DNA of 63,593 nt, counting the filler. It is 8 parts of 8 records of this genome, joined end to end, with 100 filler letters (N's around TTAATTAATTAA, not from the genome) between each part and the next. Parts side by side here need not be neighbours in the genome. Positions count along the whole stretch, not along the records: positions 22,740 to 28,269 come from SRR31156797_5979; positions 28,370 to 33,398 come from SRR31156797_5982; positions 33,499 to 39,468 come from SRR31156797_5984; 5 more parts are not named here. One strand, written 5' to 3'. How positions within the stretch are numbered: position 1 is the stretch's first letter; every line of letters starts with the position of its first letter. The notes beneath the pieces were generated by a model. It ran no database searches, was not told where the DNA came from, and saw nothing but the letters and a program-made list of their open reading frames with translations. The translations under genes were made by a program, and so were the position numbers. This document shows, piece after piece, positions 27,955 through 37,645 of the stretch.

Positions 27955-28269
27955 ATGTACAAAGCGTCTGAAGACAGATATAGAAATATGCCCTATCGTA
28001 GATGTGGAAGAAGTGGTTTGTTATTACCTGCAATTTCACTGGGATTATGGCACAATTTCGGACATGTAGATGTATACGAAAATTACAAGCAAATTATTTA
28101 CCAGGCTTTCGATCGGGGTGTCACTCATTTCGATTTGGCGAACAACTATGGTCCACCTCCGGGTTCTGCCGAAGAAAACTTTGGTAAAATACTAAAGGAA
28201 GATTTAAAAGCTTACCGCGATGAGATGATTATCTCGACAAAAGCAGGATATTTAATGTGGCCCGGACCT
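27955..28269 (+). CDS. Aldo/keto reductase (YghZ/MgrA type), truncated
   Basis: YRRCGRSGLLLPAISLGLWHNFG, THFDLANNYGPPPGSAE. Confidence 0.92.
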
Positions 28270-28369
28270 NNNNNNNNNNNNNNNNNNNNNNNNNNNNNNN
28301 NNNNNNNNNNNNNTTAATTAATTAANNNNNNNNNNNNNNNNNNNNNNNNNNNNNNNNNNNNNNNNNNNN
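28270..28369. other. Artificial contig linker
   Basis: N-run with TTAATTAATTAA. Confidence 0.98.
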
Positions 28370-29882
28370 AGGCGGCCGTGTGGATTCCAACGGCATCCAT
28401 GACCCGGTAGCCGTCCGCCTCCAATAGTGAACGGCCATTTGCCTCGGCTTCCGAGAGAATCGATTCGATGTGCTGTGTATTATTGATGCTTTGTTCGGAT
28501 AGAGTCGCGGCGGCAATGCGTTGTTTGTTGTCACGACTTTTGAGCACCTGGTTTATGGCCTTGAAGGTGCCTGATGTGGTTGTGAAAAACGGCTGATCCA
28601 CTTTTTGTTGCATTTCCAGCATGGTGCGCTGTGAATCGGCTTCAGCCCGGATGAAAATCGGTTTGTCGGCTTTTTCTTGAAGCTGGCTGATGGCGCTGAA
28701 GGTCTCGGCCATGGGCATGATCGTTTCCCACGTCTTCCATAAACCTAAGCTGACAAAGAGCCCGTCGAAATTTCGTAGCGTGAGGGCCTTTTCCACAATA
28801 TCGTTGCGGGCGGAAAGGTCCCACACATCTCCCAAGTCCAACGGATTGGTCATTTCGATGATCTTTGCCCGGCCCTTGCCTTTAGCCCAATCCAAAAAGG
28901 ACTGGGGGATGGGCGGCAGGGCAAGACCGTTCTTCCGGCATTCATCCGCGATGACAACGCCCCGGCCGCCGGATCCGCTGGCGGCGATGATCCGGCGGCC
29001 TTTAAGCGGCGGCAACAGCAGGACCTTTACGCAGTTGAGCATCTCCTGCATATTGCTTACGCGAATGACGCCGGCCTGTTCCAATGCGGCGTCCACCACC
29101 GTATCGTCAATTGCGATGGAAGTAGTGTGGGACCGGGCGATTTTATCACTCAAGGATGAAATGTTGGATTTATGAATGATGATAGGTTTTTTTGAATTTT
29201 TGCATAATTCGAAAAACTCTCGCCCCCTGGAAAAACTCTCCAGATAGAGAAATATGATTTCCGTTGAAGGGTCCTCGATAAAATACGCCAATAGATCGAC
29301 TTCATCAACGTTGAGTTTGTTACCGACGCATGCTATTTTGTTCACGCCGATCTTGTCATCCGAGAGATATATTGCGAAGCTGACGGTCATGGCACCGCTT
29401 TGGGAGACGATGCTGACCGGGCCATTTTTCCAGTCAACCGGATTGTATGTCCCGAAGGGCAGGAACAAACCATTGTGCATATTGGCTACGGCCATGCAGT
29501 TGGGACCAATGAAGCGGAGGTCGAATTCCCTGCAGATGTTCAGAATTTCGGTTTCAAGGGATTTGCGACGCTGGTCATACTCAGAAAATCCGGCAGTGGA
29601 TATGATTAACCGGCGGATTTTCTTGCGGCCACAGGCCCGGGCGATATCAGGGATATCGGTCGCCTTGACCAGCAACAGCGCCAGATCCACTCCGTCTGGG
29701 AGATCATGGACCGACGGGACGATTTCTTTTCCGCGGATCGAACCAGGTTTGGGACCTACCGGAAAAGCGGCTCCTTTGAATCCGAAGTCATCCAAATTTT
29801 CAATGACGGTTCTGCCCAAATTGCCGGCCGACGGGCTGGTACCGATAACGGCCACGCTCTGGGCATAGAAAAAGCCTCTCAT
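28370..29882 (-). CDS. NDP-forming acyl-CoA synthetase family protein, 3'-truncated
   Basis: SVAVIG, GPNC, VSQSG, GNK, YLES, SHT, NPLD motifs; start probably MRGFF at 29882. Confidence 0.88.
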
Positions 29883-29993
29883 GCGCTTTTGGCCATACCT
29901 TTCATATTTATAGGTTCTCCGCAATGGCGCCTTTGATTGAAATTGTTCTCAGAGCGTTACTTTTCCATCTATGTGGATATCATCATTCAAGAA

Positions 29994-30009
29994 CTGGCAT
30001 GTAGATTGC
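29994..30009 (+). promoter_or_regulatory. sigma54 -24/-12 promoter
   Basis: CTGGCATGTAGATTGC, GG-N10-GC. Confidence 0.65.
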
Positions 30010-30103
30010 GTGGTAGTATATGCAGTATCAATACATTTTTTCTGCGAATTTCTGGTTCTCAGACTCTGAATGGGCTGGCGATCATATCTGGAGGAAAAAT
30101 GCA

Positions 30104-30322
30104 ATGAAGCGCATAAAGAAAGCATTTCTATTACCCTTGAGGAATATGGCGTTTCGCTATCGACGGTTATATGAAATCCGGGCGGTATGCATCATGCCGG
30201 TCGTATACTATCGCTGGCTATACCAATCATGTTTGTGGCTCTTGGAATTCAAAAGGTTTCACCAGTTGGCAGACCGGGTGATTCATACCATCCCTTACCA
30301 CATTCGATTCAAATTGGCCTAA
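30104..30322 (+). CDS. Small basic hypothetical protein (72 aa)
   Basis: GGAGG at 30090-30094, ATG 30104, downstream of a sigma54 site. Confidence 0.5.
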   Translation: MKRIKKAFLLPLRNMAFRYRRLYEIRAVCIMPVVYYRWLYQSCLWLLEFKRFHQLADRVIHTIPYHIRFKLA

Positions 30323-30411
30323 AATAAGACCAAATCATCTGCAAAGACCCACCTTTTCCCTTTATATCCACTGAAATGGACAGGGATGTTCCAACCTCGA
30401 TGTTACTATCC

Positions 30412-31203
30412 TTAGGATTTGAAACCGGCCAAAAAATGTTTTATGGCGGAATGATGACCTTCGGTGGAGAGCAACACCGACTGGTGTGCGGCTTCCCACT
30501 CAAGTGCACGTTCCAGGCTCATGTCCTGGGACAGGTCCAACCCCTTTTTAATCATGGCAAGGCCGGCGGGTGGTTTGGACATGATCTTTTTGGCGAGTGT
30601 TTGGACGGCATCATTCACATCTTCTGCCGGGACCGATTTATAAATCAGGCCAATCTCGGCGGCTTGTTTTCCGGTGATGACGTCGCCTAAAAGGGCCAAT
30701 TCTCTGGCCTTGGGCAAACCGACCAGTCTGGGCAGAAAATAGTGCGCTCCCGCTTCTAGCATGACGCTATAGTTCACAAAAAACAAACCGAATTTGGCAT
30801 CGTCGGCCCCTATGATAAAATCGCCGGCCAGAAGTAATGTCGCGCCGCCGCCCAGGGCATTCCCCTGGAATTTGCAGATGATGATCTGAGGCAAGGACCG
30901 CATTTGCTTTATGAGCGTGCCGGTATCATTCATCCATTTCATCCAATCCTCTGCTTCGTTTCTTTTACCCAGCACACTCATATCGCCGCCGGCGCAGAAT
31001 TCACCTCCGGAGCCTTCCAGAATAACCACACGAATATCGTTTTCTTTTGCAATGCGCTGGAAAGCCTCGGTAAGCTCCCAGATATTTTCCATGCACAAGG
31101 CATTTTTCAATTGAGGCCGATTCAATGTCAGGGTACAAATGTGATTTTGCGTATTCACTATAATTGTTTTCTCTGTCATCTTTTTCTCCTTTATGAATGA
31201 CAT
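30412..31203 (-). CDS. Enoyl-CoA hydratase/isomerase family protein
   Basis: LNRP..KNA, FCAGGD, GNALGGG, LPRLVG. Confidence 0.93.
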   Translation of the reverse strand: MSFIKEKKMTEKTIIVNTQNHICTLTLNRPQLKNALCMENIWELTEAFQRIAKENDIRVVILEGSGGEFCAGGDMSVLGKRNEAEDWMKWMNDTGTLIKQMRSLPQIIICKFQGNALGGGATLLLAGDFIIGADDAKFGLFFVNYSVMLEAGAHYFLPRLVGLPKARELALLGDVITGKQAAEIGLIYKSVPAEDVNDAVQTLAKKIMSKPPAGLAMIKKGLDLSQDMSLERALEWEAAHQSVLLSTEGHHSAIKHFLAGFKS

Positions 31204-31681
31204 TTAACCGGCGTAGTCAGCATAATAGGTGCCCGTGGCCATGGCGATCAGGGTTTCATGTTCATTGGTCAATTCCATTTTGGTGACCACTATTTTCTTC
31301 CCATGGTTTAGAATCGAGCCGGTTGCCCAGAATACGTTTCCCAATCCAGGCCGTAAGTAATCGACCCGCAGATCGACGGTTCCCCCTTTTCCGAAAGATT
31401 GCATGTCAAAGGGGGGTTGGGCTTTCCATCGCCCTGTTGACCAAACAGATGGATGCAAGTATCCCTCCGACGGTATCGAGAATCGATGCGGTGACGCCAC
31501 CGTGTAACAAGTCGCCCTGGCGGTAGTTGCCGACGAGTTCTTCCTTCATGTTGAGTCTCAGCACAAGATCGGTGTCGCTGAAATTGACGATTTCGATACC
31601 TATGAAAAGATCAAAGGGCATCTTTTTCCAATAGGCCCTTATCATTTTCATCCAGTTCTCTTTTTCGTGCCTTGTCTGCAT
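31204..31681 (-). pseudogene. PaaI/hotdog thioesterase split by a frameshift
   Basis: LHGGV.ASILD in one frame, GTVDLRVDYLRPG in another; break near the G6 run at about 31411-31416. Confidence 0.75.
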
Positions 31682-31728
31682 ATCATGGTAGCCTTTTGCT
31701 TCCGTGAATTTGAAGAGACTACAACTAT

Positions 31729-31744
31729 GCAAAATGACGGCCAA
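31729..31744 (-). promoter_or_regulatory. sigma54 promoter for the thioesterase-hydratase operon
   Basis: Minus strand TTGGCCGTCATTTTGC, GG-N10-GC. Confidence 0.6.
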
Positions 31745-31902
31745 GCAGGCTCGCTTTAGCAACCAAAGGTCAATTGGGGAATCAATTCGCCAATAAATTT
31801 CAAAATGAAATATAATTGTTTAAAAAGGAATCGGTGGTGGGTTTGATGAAACCTGAGGTGCCCAACTGTATGCAATCACCAAAGCTTGGTGAATAATTAG
31901 AC

Positions 31903-31918
31903 TTGGCAAGGAATTTGC
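31903..31918 (+). promoter_or_regulatory. sigma54 promoter for the acyl-CoA dehydrogenase
   Basis: TTGGCAAGGAATTTGC, GG-N10-GC; palindrome TCACCAA-AGC-TTGGTGA at 31876-31892. Confidence 0.7.
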
Positions 31919-32005
31919 GTATCGATACTATTATACAGTATATTTTCGCATTTAATATTTAAAAACCGGTTGCTGAAGGGAAACAGGGGAAGAGGGAGAA
32001 CCGTA

Positions 32006-33175
32006 ATGGCCGTAAAAATCAAAACGAGTGACGATCTCTATTTTAACAATGAAGCCAAGATGATCCGAAAAGCGGTAGCCGATTTCGTGAAAAAGGAGAT
32101 CAATCCGTACGTCGATGAGTGGGAGGAGGCGGGCATCGCTCCCCTCAAAGAGATCTTCGGCAAGATGGGGGAGTTGGGTTTTTTGGGGATCCGCTACGAC
32201 ACTCAATACGGCGGAGAGGGCCTGGATCTTTGGTGTGACTTGGCGTTTATCGAAGAAATCTCCCATATCAAGGCCCAGGGCGTCACCTTGGCCATCGGTG
32301 TGCAAACGCATATGTCGACACCGGCTTTGAGCGAATACGGGAGCGACTACCTAAAAGAGACCTATTTGAAGCCGGCGATCCAAGGGAAATATGTCGCCGC
32401 CGTCGCGGTAACCGAACCCGATGCCGGGTCGGACGTGGCGACCCTGAAGACGACGGCGACCCGTAATGGCGATCAATACGAATTGAACGGATCCAAGACG
32501 TATATTACCAATGGGATTCATGCGGATTTTGTCGTCGTGTTGGCCCGAACGTCGGATGACCCCGGATATCACAGTTACAGCCTGTTTGTCGTGCCGACGG
32601 ACGCCCCCGGTTTTTCAGTCAGCAAGAAGATTGAGAAGATGGGCATGCGCAGCAGCGATACGGCTGAGCTGTTTTTCGATGGCCTCAAGATTCCCAAGGA
32701 GAATTTGATTGGCGAGGAAGGCGAGGGGTTCATCTATCAGATGCGGCAATTCCAGCACGAGCGTTTCTTCGCCTTACCCTTCTGTTACGTCATGTGCCGG
32801 GATGCGGTGGACATGACCTTGGAGTACATCCAAAAGCGAATCGTTTTCGGAAAGCCGCTTTCCAAGCAACAGGTCCTGCAGCATCGCCTGGCGGAATATT
32901 TGGCCGAAATCGAGTCGTTAAAAAGCCTATCGTATCATATTACGCGCATGAAGGAGAATGGCCTGGATGTGTCCAAGGAGGTTTCCATGGGCAAGTTGAT
33001 ATCCGGCGCGCTTTCCCGCAAGGTTGTCGACGGCTGCCTCCAGATGTTCGGCGGATTCGGCTTCACCGAGGAGGCGCTGATATCCAGGTATTACCGCGAT
33101 GCCAGGCTCTCCTCCATCGGCGGTGGCGCCAGTGAGGTAATGGCCGATGTGATTGCCAAAATGGAAAAGTTTTAG
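32006..33175 (+). CDS. Acyl-CoA dehydrogenase
   Basis: AVTEPDAGSD, NGSKTYITNG, KMGMRSSDT, R..FGK, CLQMFGG.G, YRDAR...IGGG. Confidence 0.96.
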   Translation: MAVKIKTSDDLYFNNEAKMIRKAVADFVKKEINPYVDEWEEAGIAPLKEIFGKMGELGFLGIRYDTQYGGEGLDLWCDLAFIEEISHIKAQGVTLAIGVQTHMSTPALSEYGSDYLKETYLKPAIQGKYVAAVAVTEPDAGSDVATLKTTATRNGDQYELNGSKTYITNGIHADFVVVLARTSDDPGYHSYSLFVVPTDAPGFSVSKKIEKMGMRSSDTAELFFDGLKIPKENLIGEEGEGFIYQMRQFQHERFFALPFCYVMCRDAVDMTLEYIQKRIVFGKPLSKQQVLQHRLAEYLAEIESLKSLSYHITRMKENGLDVSKEVSMGKLISGALSRKVVDGCLQMFGGFGFTEEALISRYYRDARLSSIGGGASEVMADVIAKMEKF

Positions 33176-33283
33176 GAGCCTGCCTTGCGATAGATTGAAA
33201 CCGCTTGCTAGGTTTGCCGAAAGTAAGATCTCGGTTCGATTATTATATTACCGTATTTTTGTTTTCAACATGGAGGAAATTGG

Positions 33284-33398
33284 ATGGCTTTAAATCTGAA
33301 AAAGATAGGCGCGAAGGTGGGGCCCTTGACCAAGACCTATGACTGGCATGATCTGGTATTGTACGGTCTGGGTGTGGGAGCCGGTTACGAGGACCTGG
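33284..33398 (+). CDS. MaoC-like dehydratase N-terminus, truncated
   Basis: GGAGG RBS; MALNL...YDWHDLVLYGLGVGAG. Confidence 0.7.
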
Positions 33399-33498
33399 NN
33401 NNNNNNNNNNNNNNNNNNNNNNNNNNNNNNNNNNNNNNNNNNTTAATTAATTAANNNNNNNNNNNNNNNNNNNNNNNNNNNNNNNNNNNNNNNNNNNN
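33399..33498. other. Artificial contig linker
   Basis: N-run with TTAATTAATTAA. Confidence 0.98.
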
Positions 33499-33917
33499 GG
33501 TCTGCGGGTTTTCTTTTTCCGGCTGTGATGAGATTGAGGAGGAACTTGAGAGCCGGCCCGTTCACCCTGAAAATAGGATAACCGCCCAAACACATTGAGG
33601 GCCAGGAAATAGACGAGGACTCCGTTGGCCATATGAATGAGAATATTTACCAGATGGTACCCGACAGGGTTGAGTTTGCCCAATTGATAATTAAGCGCGA
33701 AGGAAAACTCAACAATCGGGCGATGGGATTTGAGTCCATCGAGGGAAAAATAGTTTTTTAAATCCCTGATTTTTTCTTTGTGTTCGATTTGAGCTGCGTC
33801 ATCAAAAACAAAGGGAACCGTATAAGTGTTGCCGTAAATCAACAAAGTTATTGCCGCGATCAGTATCAATGCAGCCCAGGGGCTTCCAAACATGGTGGAC
33901 AATGACTTTGATTTCAT
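33499..33917 (-). CDS. TMTC-like membrane glycosyltransferase/TPR protein, truncated
   Basis: Y.N...PFVFDD...RP....SFALNY...YHLVNILIH. Confidence 0.75.
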
Positions 33918-34057
33918 GCAATATTGCCTCGTCTCAATGAACTATCCGCTGATACAACCATACCCTGTTTTTCAAAAAACTCAGCGGGTCTCCTATATCA
34001 TAAAGAGACTTTTGTTTCAAAACAAAACCCCTTGTTTCATAAACGACAGGTTTTCGG

Positions 34058-35068
34058 CTAAAATAAATCTGAATCCGCCATGCTATAATAAAGATTATGG
34101 TTTATCCAGTCCGTATCCGGAGAATGGTCAAAAGACTTAATGGTTGCAATTATACCTAGAGGTTCATTGTGCTCCTCGAACCCTGCCGCCATCGCGGCCG
34201 TTCTTAAAAAATGGCTGCCCGGAAGCCATGCTTCAATCTGCAAGACACCTCGAGATTTAAGCATATGACCCAATTTGCTAAAAAAAACGGCAATCTTATT
34301 TTCGGATTTGGGAAAAAGCATATCCACGAGAATCGCTGTACGGTTCTTAAAATAAAGGACCGCATATCCTTGGATATCTTCTGAAAAAATGCCCTTCAAA
34401 CAGAAAATTTCATATTTTTTTTCAGGATGCCTGCAAAACCGCCATCGCAAGAATTCGGAGTTTCTGACAATAGCGTATGGATAATCCGTGGTACACTTTT
34501 CCCATAACTTGTCAAATTGCTCTCCGGGATTTTCCATCCTTTTAATCCTTAAAAGAGAGGAACGCCTTTTTGATGCAATGACCTCTGTTTCACCCTTTAG
34601 ATAAACAACCCGACTTTCCAAAGGCGCATAGCCCAATATCCTCACTCCAAGATCAAAATGAAATTTCCCCGGGAATCCATACAGAATTTCAGCGGAATTT
34701 CGGTTGCAGAAAAATTCAAAAAAGGCCTTACCCGTTCTCGCAAAGAGTCCCTTTCCCCTGAAATCGGGGTGGGACATAATGTCCATTAGCTGTACAATGA
34801 TAACATCCTTCCCTGCCCTTGATCCCTTAAAGGGAATACCGCCGTAAAGCGCAAGGATCTCCTCTTTTTCAGATTCACACAAAAGAAGTGCCTGAGAGTA
34901 TGGATTATCGAAATACTTCCACCTCCAGAGCACCCGGTTCATCTCCTGATTAAAGGTAAGTTTCCATAATTCCAGAACCTTTTTTTCATCATTTTCCCGA
35001 AATTTGCGAATATAAAATTTCCCTGAATCCGTTTCAATTGACTTTTTCATTTTTATGGACCTCAACAA
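34058..35068 (-). CDS. GNAT family N-acetyltransferase
   Basis: W.WKY..NP, D.M.HPDFRGKGLF, YGFP, R...L.WRF. Confidence 0.85.
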   Translation of the reverse strand: MLRSIKMKKSIETDSGKFYIRKFRENDEKKVLELWKLTFNQEMNRVLWRWKYFDNPYSQALLLCESEKEEILALYGGIPFKGSRAGKDVIIVQLMDIMSHPDFRGKGLFARTGKAFFEFFCNRNSAEILYGFPGKFHFDLGVRILGYAPLESRVVYLKGETEVIASKRRSSLLRIKRMENPGEQFDKLWEKCTTDYPYAIVRNSEFLRWRFCRHPEKKYEIFCLKGIFSEDIQGYAVLYFKNRTAILVDMLFPKSENKIAVFFSKLGHMLKSRGVLQIEAWLPGSHFLRTAAMAAGFEEHNEPLGIIATIKSFDHSPDTDWINHNLYYSMADSDLF

Positions 35069-35362
35069 TAAAAAAAATTCATTACGTTACTTCGAGGTTT
35101 CTGATCCTTCTTCGGCATGGGCGTGACCGGGTGATTTCATACAGGGATACATACACGGTTTTTCAAGGCATCCGTTTATAACCTTTTCTCTCTTTTTGTT
35201 GACAGCATAGTAATTTAAATGACACAATTCAAGCGATTGTCCATTTTTATGAACCTGCCCTAAACAGCGCTGAAACAGTTTAACAATGGACTTGACTACG
35301 TTTTCTCCGGATTGGTCCGCGACCATTAATCAATCTGTGATGTCTGAACTTAATTGGGAAAT

Positions 35363-36025
35363 ATGAAACTGCTCATCCTGGTACCCGTATTCAATGAATG
35401 GCCCCATCTTCTGCCCGTATTAAAAAACTTGAGGATTCATTTTCCTGAGATCCTGGTAATTGATGATGGGAGTGACGACAAAAGCTACCTTAATCTTCTG
35501 AAAAAAGAAGGGTTCGAATCCCTCGATCTTCCCTTTAATCTGGGGCACTGGGGTGCCATCCAAGCGGGTTTCAAGTACGCTCTGACCAAAAATTTTCATG
35601 GCGTTATCACATTTGACGGCGATGGACAGCATCTGCCCGAAGGCGCGTTGCGGATAGTTCCCGGTCTTGAACAAGGCAACGATGTGGTCATCGGAAAGGA
35701 CAATGACCGGGGTGGATGGTCCAGAAAATTCTGCCGGGGGATCCTGAACCGATTATCGGGACTTGAAATCAGTGATTTTACCTCCGGCCTCAGAGGATAC
35801 AGCCGGGCGGCCATGGGTCATCTGACCCATGGATCCTTTTTGAACCTTGATTACCAGGACCTGGGGGTCCTGTTCATGGCGAAGAAGAAAGGTCTTCGAC
35901 TCATGGAAGTACCGGTCACCATGGAAACCCGACTGGGAGAGAAATCAAAGGTTTTCCCCAATCTTGCCAGCGTTATGCGATACCTTTTCATCACCTTGAC
36001 CTTCATTATTGCGAGAAGGCTATGA
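35363..36025 (+). CDS. Glycosyltransferase family 2
   Basis: LVPVFNE, IDDGSDD, FDGDGQH, D.TSG.R. Confidence 0.9.
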   Translation: MKLLILVPVFNEWPHLLPVLKNLRIHFPEILVIDDGSDDKSYLNLLKKEGFESLDLPFNLGHWGAIQAGFKYALTKNFHGVITFDGDGQHLPEGALRIVPGLEQGNDVVIGKDNDRGGWSRKFCRGILNRLSGLEISDFTSGLRGYSRAAMGHLTHGSFLNLDYQDLGVLFMAKKKGLRLMEVPVTMETRLGEKSKVFPNLASVMRYLFITLTFIIARRL

Positions 36026-36495
36026 TCTCCTACAAAATTACCACCGGAATTCTCGGCGCCGTCATCTTTCTCATGATACTGCTCCTGGTTCGCAGGGGGA
36101 AACTGCAGGAAAAATACGCCTTGACCTGGTTTGCCATCGGAATCGTGGTGGTGGTGTTGGGGTTTTTTCCGGCGATCCTGGATAAAATTGCCATATTTAC
36201 CGGTGTTTCATATGCCCCGGCCCTGCTTTTTGTGATCGCGGTGGGCATGTTGTTGATTCAAAACCTTTACCTTTTCATTTTTGCATCTCAAAACGAAGTA
36301 CGGATAAAAGAACTTCTTCAGGAAGTGGCGGTACTGAACAGACTGGTGGCGGAACTGCGGGAAGAGAGGACTTTGCATACAAAATTCGACGAGGAAAAAC
36401 AGTGCGGGAACCACTATGGGTTAAATGGAACTAAAAACCCCATGGGCGATGATCAAGAACCCGCCACCCCACCGGATGCCAAAATATCCTCATAA
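36022..36495 (+). CDS. DUF2304 membrane protein
   Basis: Coupled to the GT2 gene; KL.EKYAL.W, GV.Y.PA, L.QE.A. Confidence 0.85.
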   Translation: MISYKITTGILGAVIFLMILLLVRRGKLQEKYALTWFAIGIVVVVLGFFPAILDKIAIFTGVSYAPALLFVIAVGMLLIQNLYLFIFASQNEVRIKELLQEVAVLNRLVAELREERTLHTKFDEEKQCGNHYGLNGTKNPMGDDQEPATPPDAKISS

Positions 36496-37628
36496 ATTTT
36501 TTTAACGCCATATGCCACAGATTGAATGTTAAATTTTTTTTCGAAATTTTCACGTCCTTTTCGGCCCAATTCCCGGCGAAGATCGGGTTCGGCTGCCAGA
36601 TTTTCCAACTGAATGGCGAGCGCATCAACATCGCCGGGGGGAACCAGCCATCCGCAATCCCCCTCGCTAACCACCCATCCGGGACCGGAACCGGCGATAT
36701 GGCTGGCAACGATCGGCTTGCCATACCGCATTGCCTCCAGCAGCACCACACCAAAAGCCTCGGTCCTTTCAAGGGAGGGGAGGCAGAACACATGGCATGT
36801 TGCAAAAAGGGCCTGAAGCATCACGTCGGAAAGACCGCCCCTGAGCAACACCCGATTTTCAAGGCCTTTGCGGCGTATGGCTCTCTGCAAGTGGTTTCTA
36901 TGATTCCCATCGCCCACAATCTGTACCCCGACCCCTTCTGTTCGCCCCGATGCCCTGATGAGAACATCGAAGCCCTTGTAATAAGTGAGACGGCCTACCG
37001 CAAGCACCCTTAAACAGCCCGGCGGCCAACTCTTTTCCGCCCGTTGAAGGACATCCGCCTCAGGCCAAGGGAGACGCTCGGGATCCACACCCAGAGGAAC
37101 AACGGCGCATTTCGAAATCCACGGTTTTAAGGGGGCGCTATTTTTCAAATAGGGTCTTGAAGTTGCCAGTATTTTTTCCGCCCGCTTCAGCACGCCTTGC
37201 TCCAATGGCCGATAACATTGATAAGCCGGTTGCAAACGACGGTCAATGGTGGAAGGCACCACGTCGGAATGCCAATGAATAACCCATGGAAGGCAACGGG
37301 CCTCTGAAAAAGCCAAGCTCCAGAAGGCTGAAGGGTTGGGGAAATGCAAATGAAGGATATGGGGACGGAAAGACCGAATGATTTTTCTAAGGACAAACGG
37401 AAAGGACAGGCTGATGGGCGTGTACAGGATCTGCCCCAGGGAAGAGACCCGAAAAATGGAAACCCCTTCCACCTCATCCCTGAAAGATACCCGACCGGAC
37501 AGATGATGGTGTACCAAGCCTGCAACTTCAAAACCATCATCTTTGAGCGACTTCAGAAGGTCCCTCAAAAAAATTTCCATCCCCCCGGCGTAGGGCGGAT
37601 AGTATTTTCCGATGTGAAGGATTCGCAC
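36453..37628 (-). CDS. Glycosyltransferase family 4
   Basis: GKYYPP..GG.E, VGRL.YYKG, EAFGVVLLEAM..G.P. Confidence 0.92.
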   Translation of the reverse strand: MRILHIGKYYPPYAGGMEIFLRDLLKSLKDDGFEVAGLVHHHLSGRVSFRDEVEGVSIFRVSSLGQILYTPISLSFPFVLRKIIRSFRPHILHLHFPNPSAFWSLAFSEARCLPWVIHWHSDVVPSTIDRRLQPAYQCYRPLEQGVLKRAEKILATSRPYLKNSAPLKPWISKCAVVPLGVDPERLPWPEADVLQRAEKSWPPGCLRVLAVGRLTYYKGFDVLIRASGRTEGVGVQIVGDGNHRNHLQRAIRRKGLENRVLLRGGLSDVMLQALFATCHVFCLPSLERTEAFGVVLLEAMRYGKPIVASHIAGSGPGWVVSEGDCGWLVPPGDVDALAIQLENLAAEPDLRRELGRKGRENFEKKFNIQSVAYGVKKIYEDILASGGVAGS

Positions 37629-37645
37629 GCCTGAAAACCTGAAAA

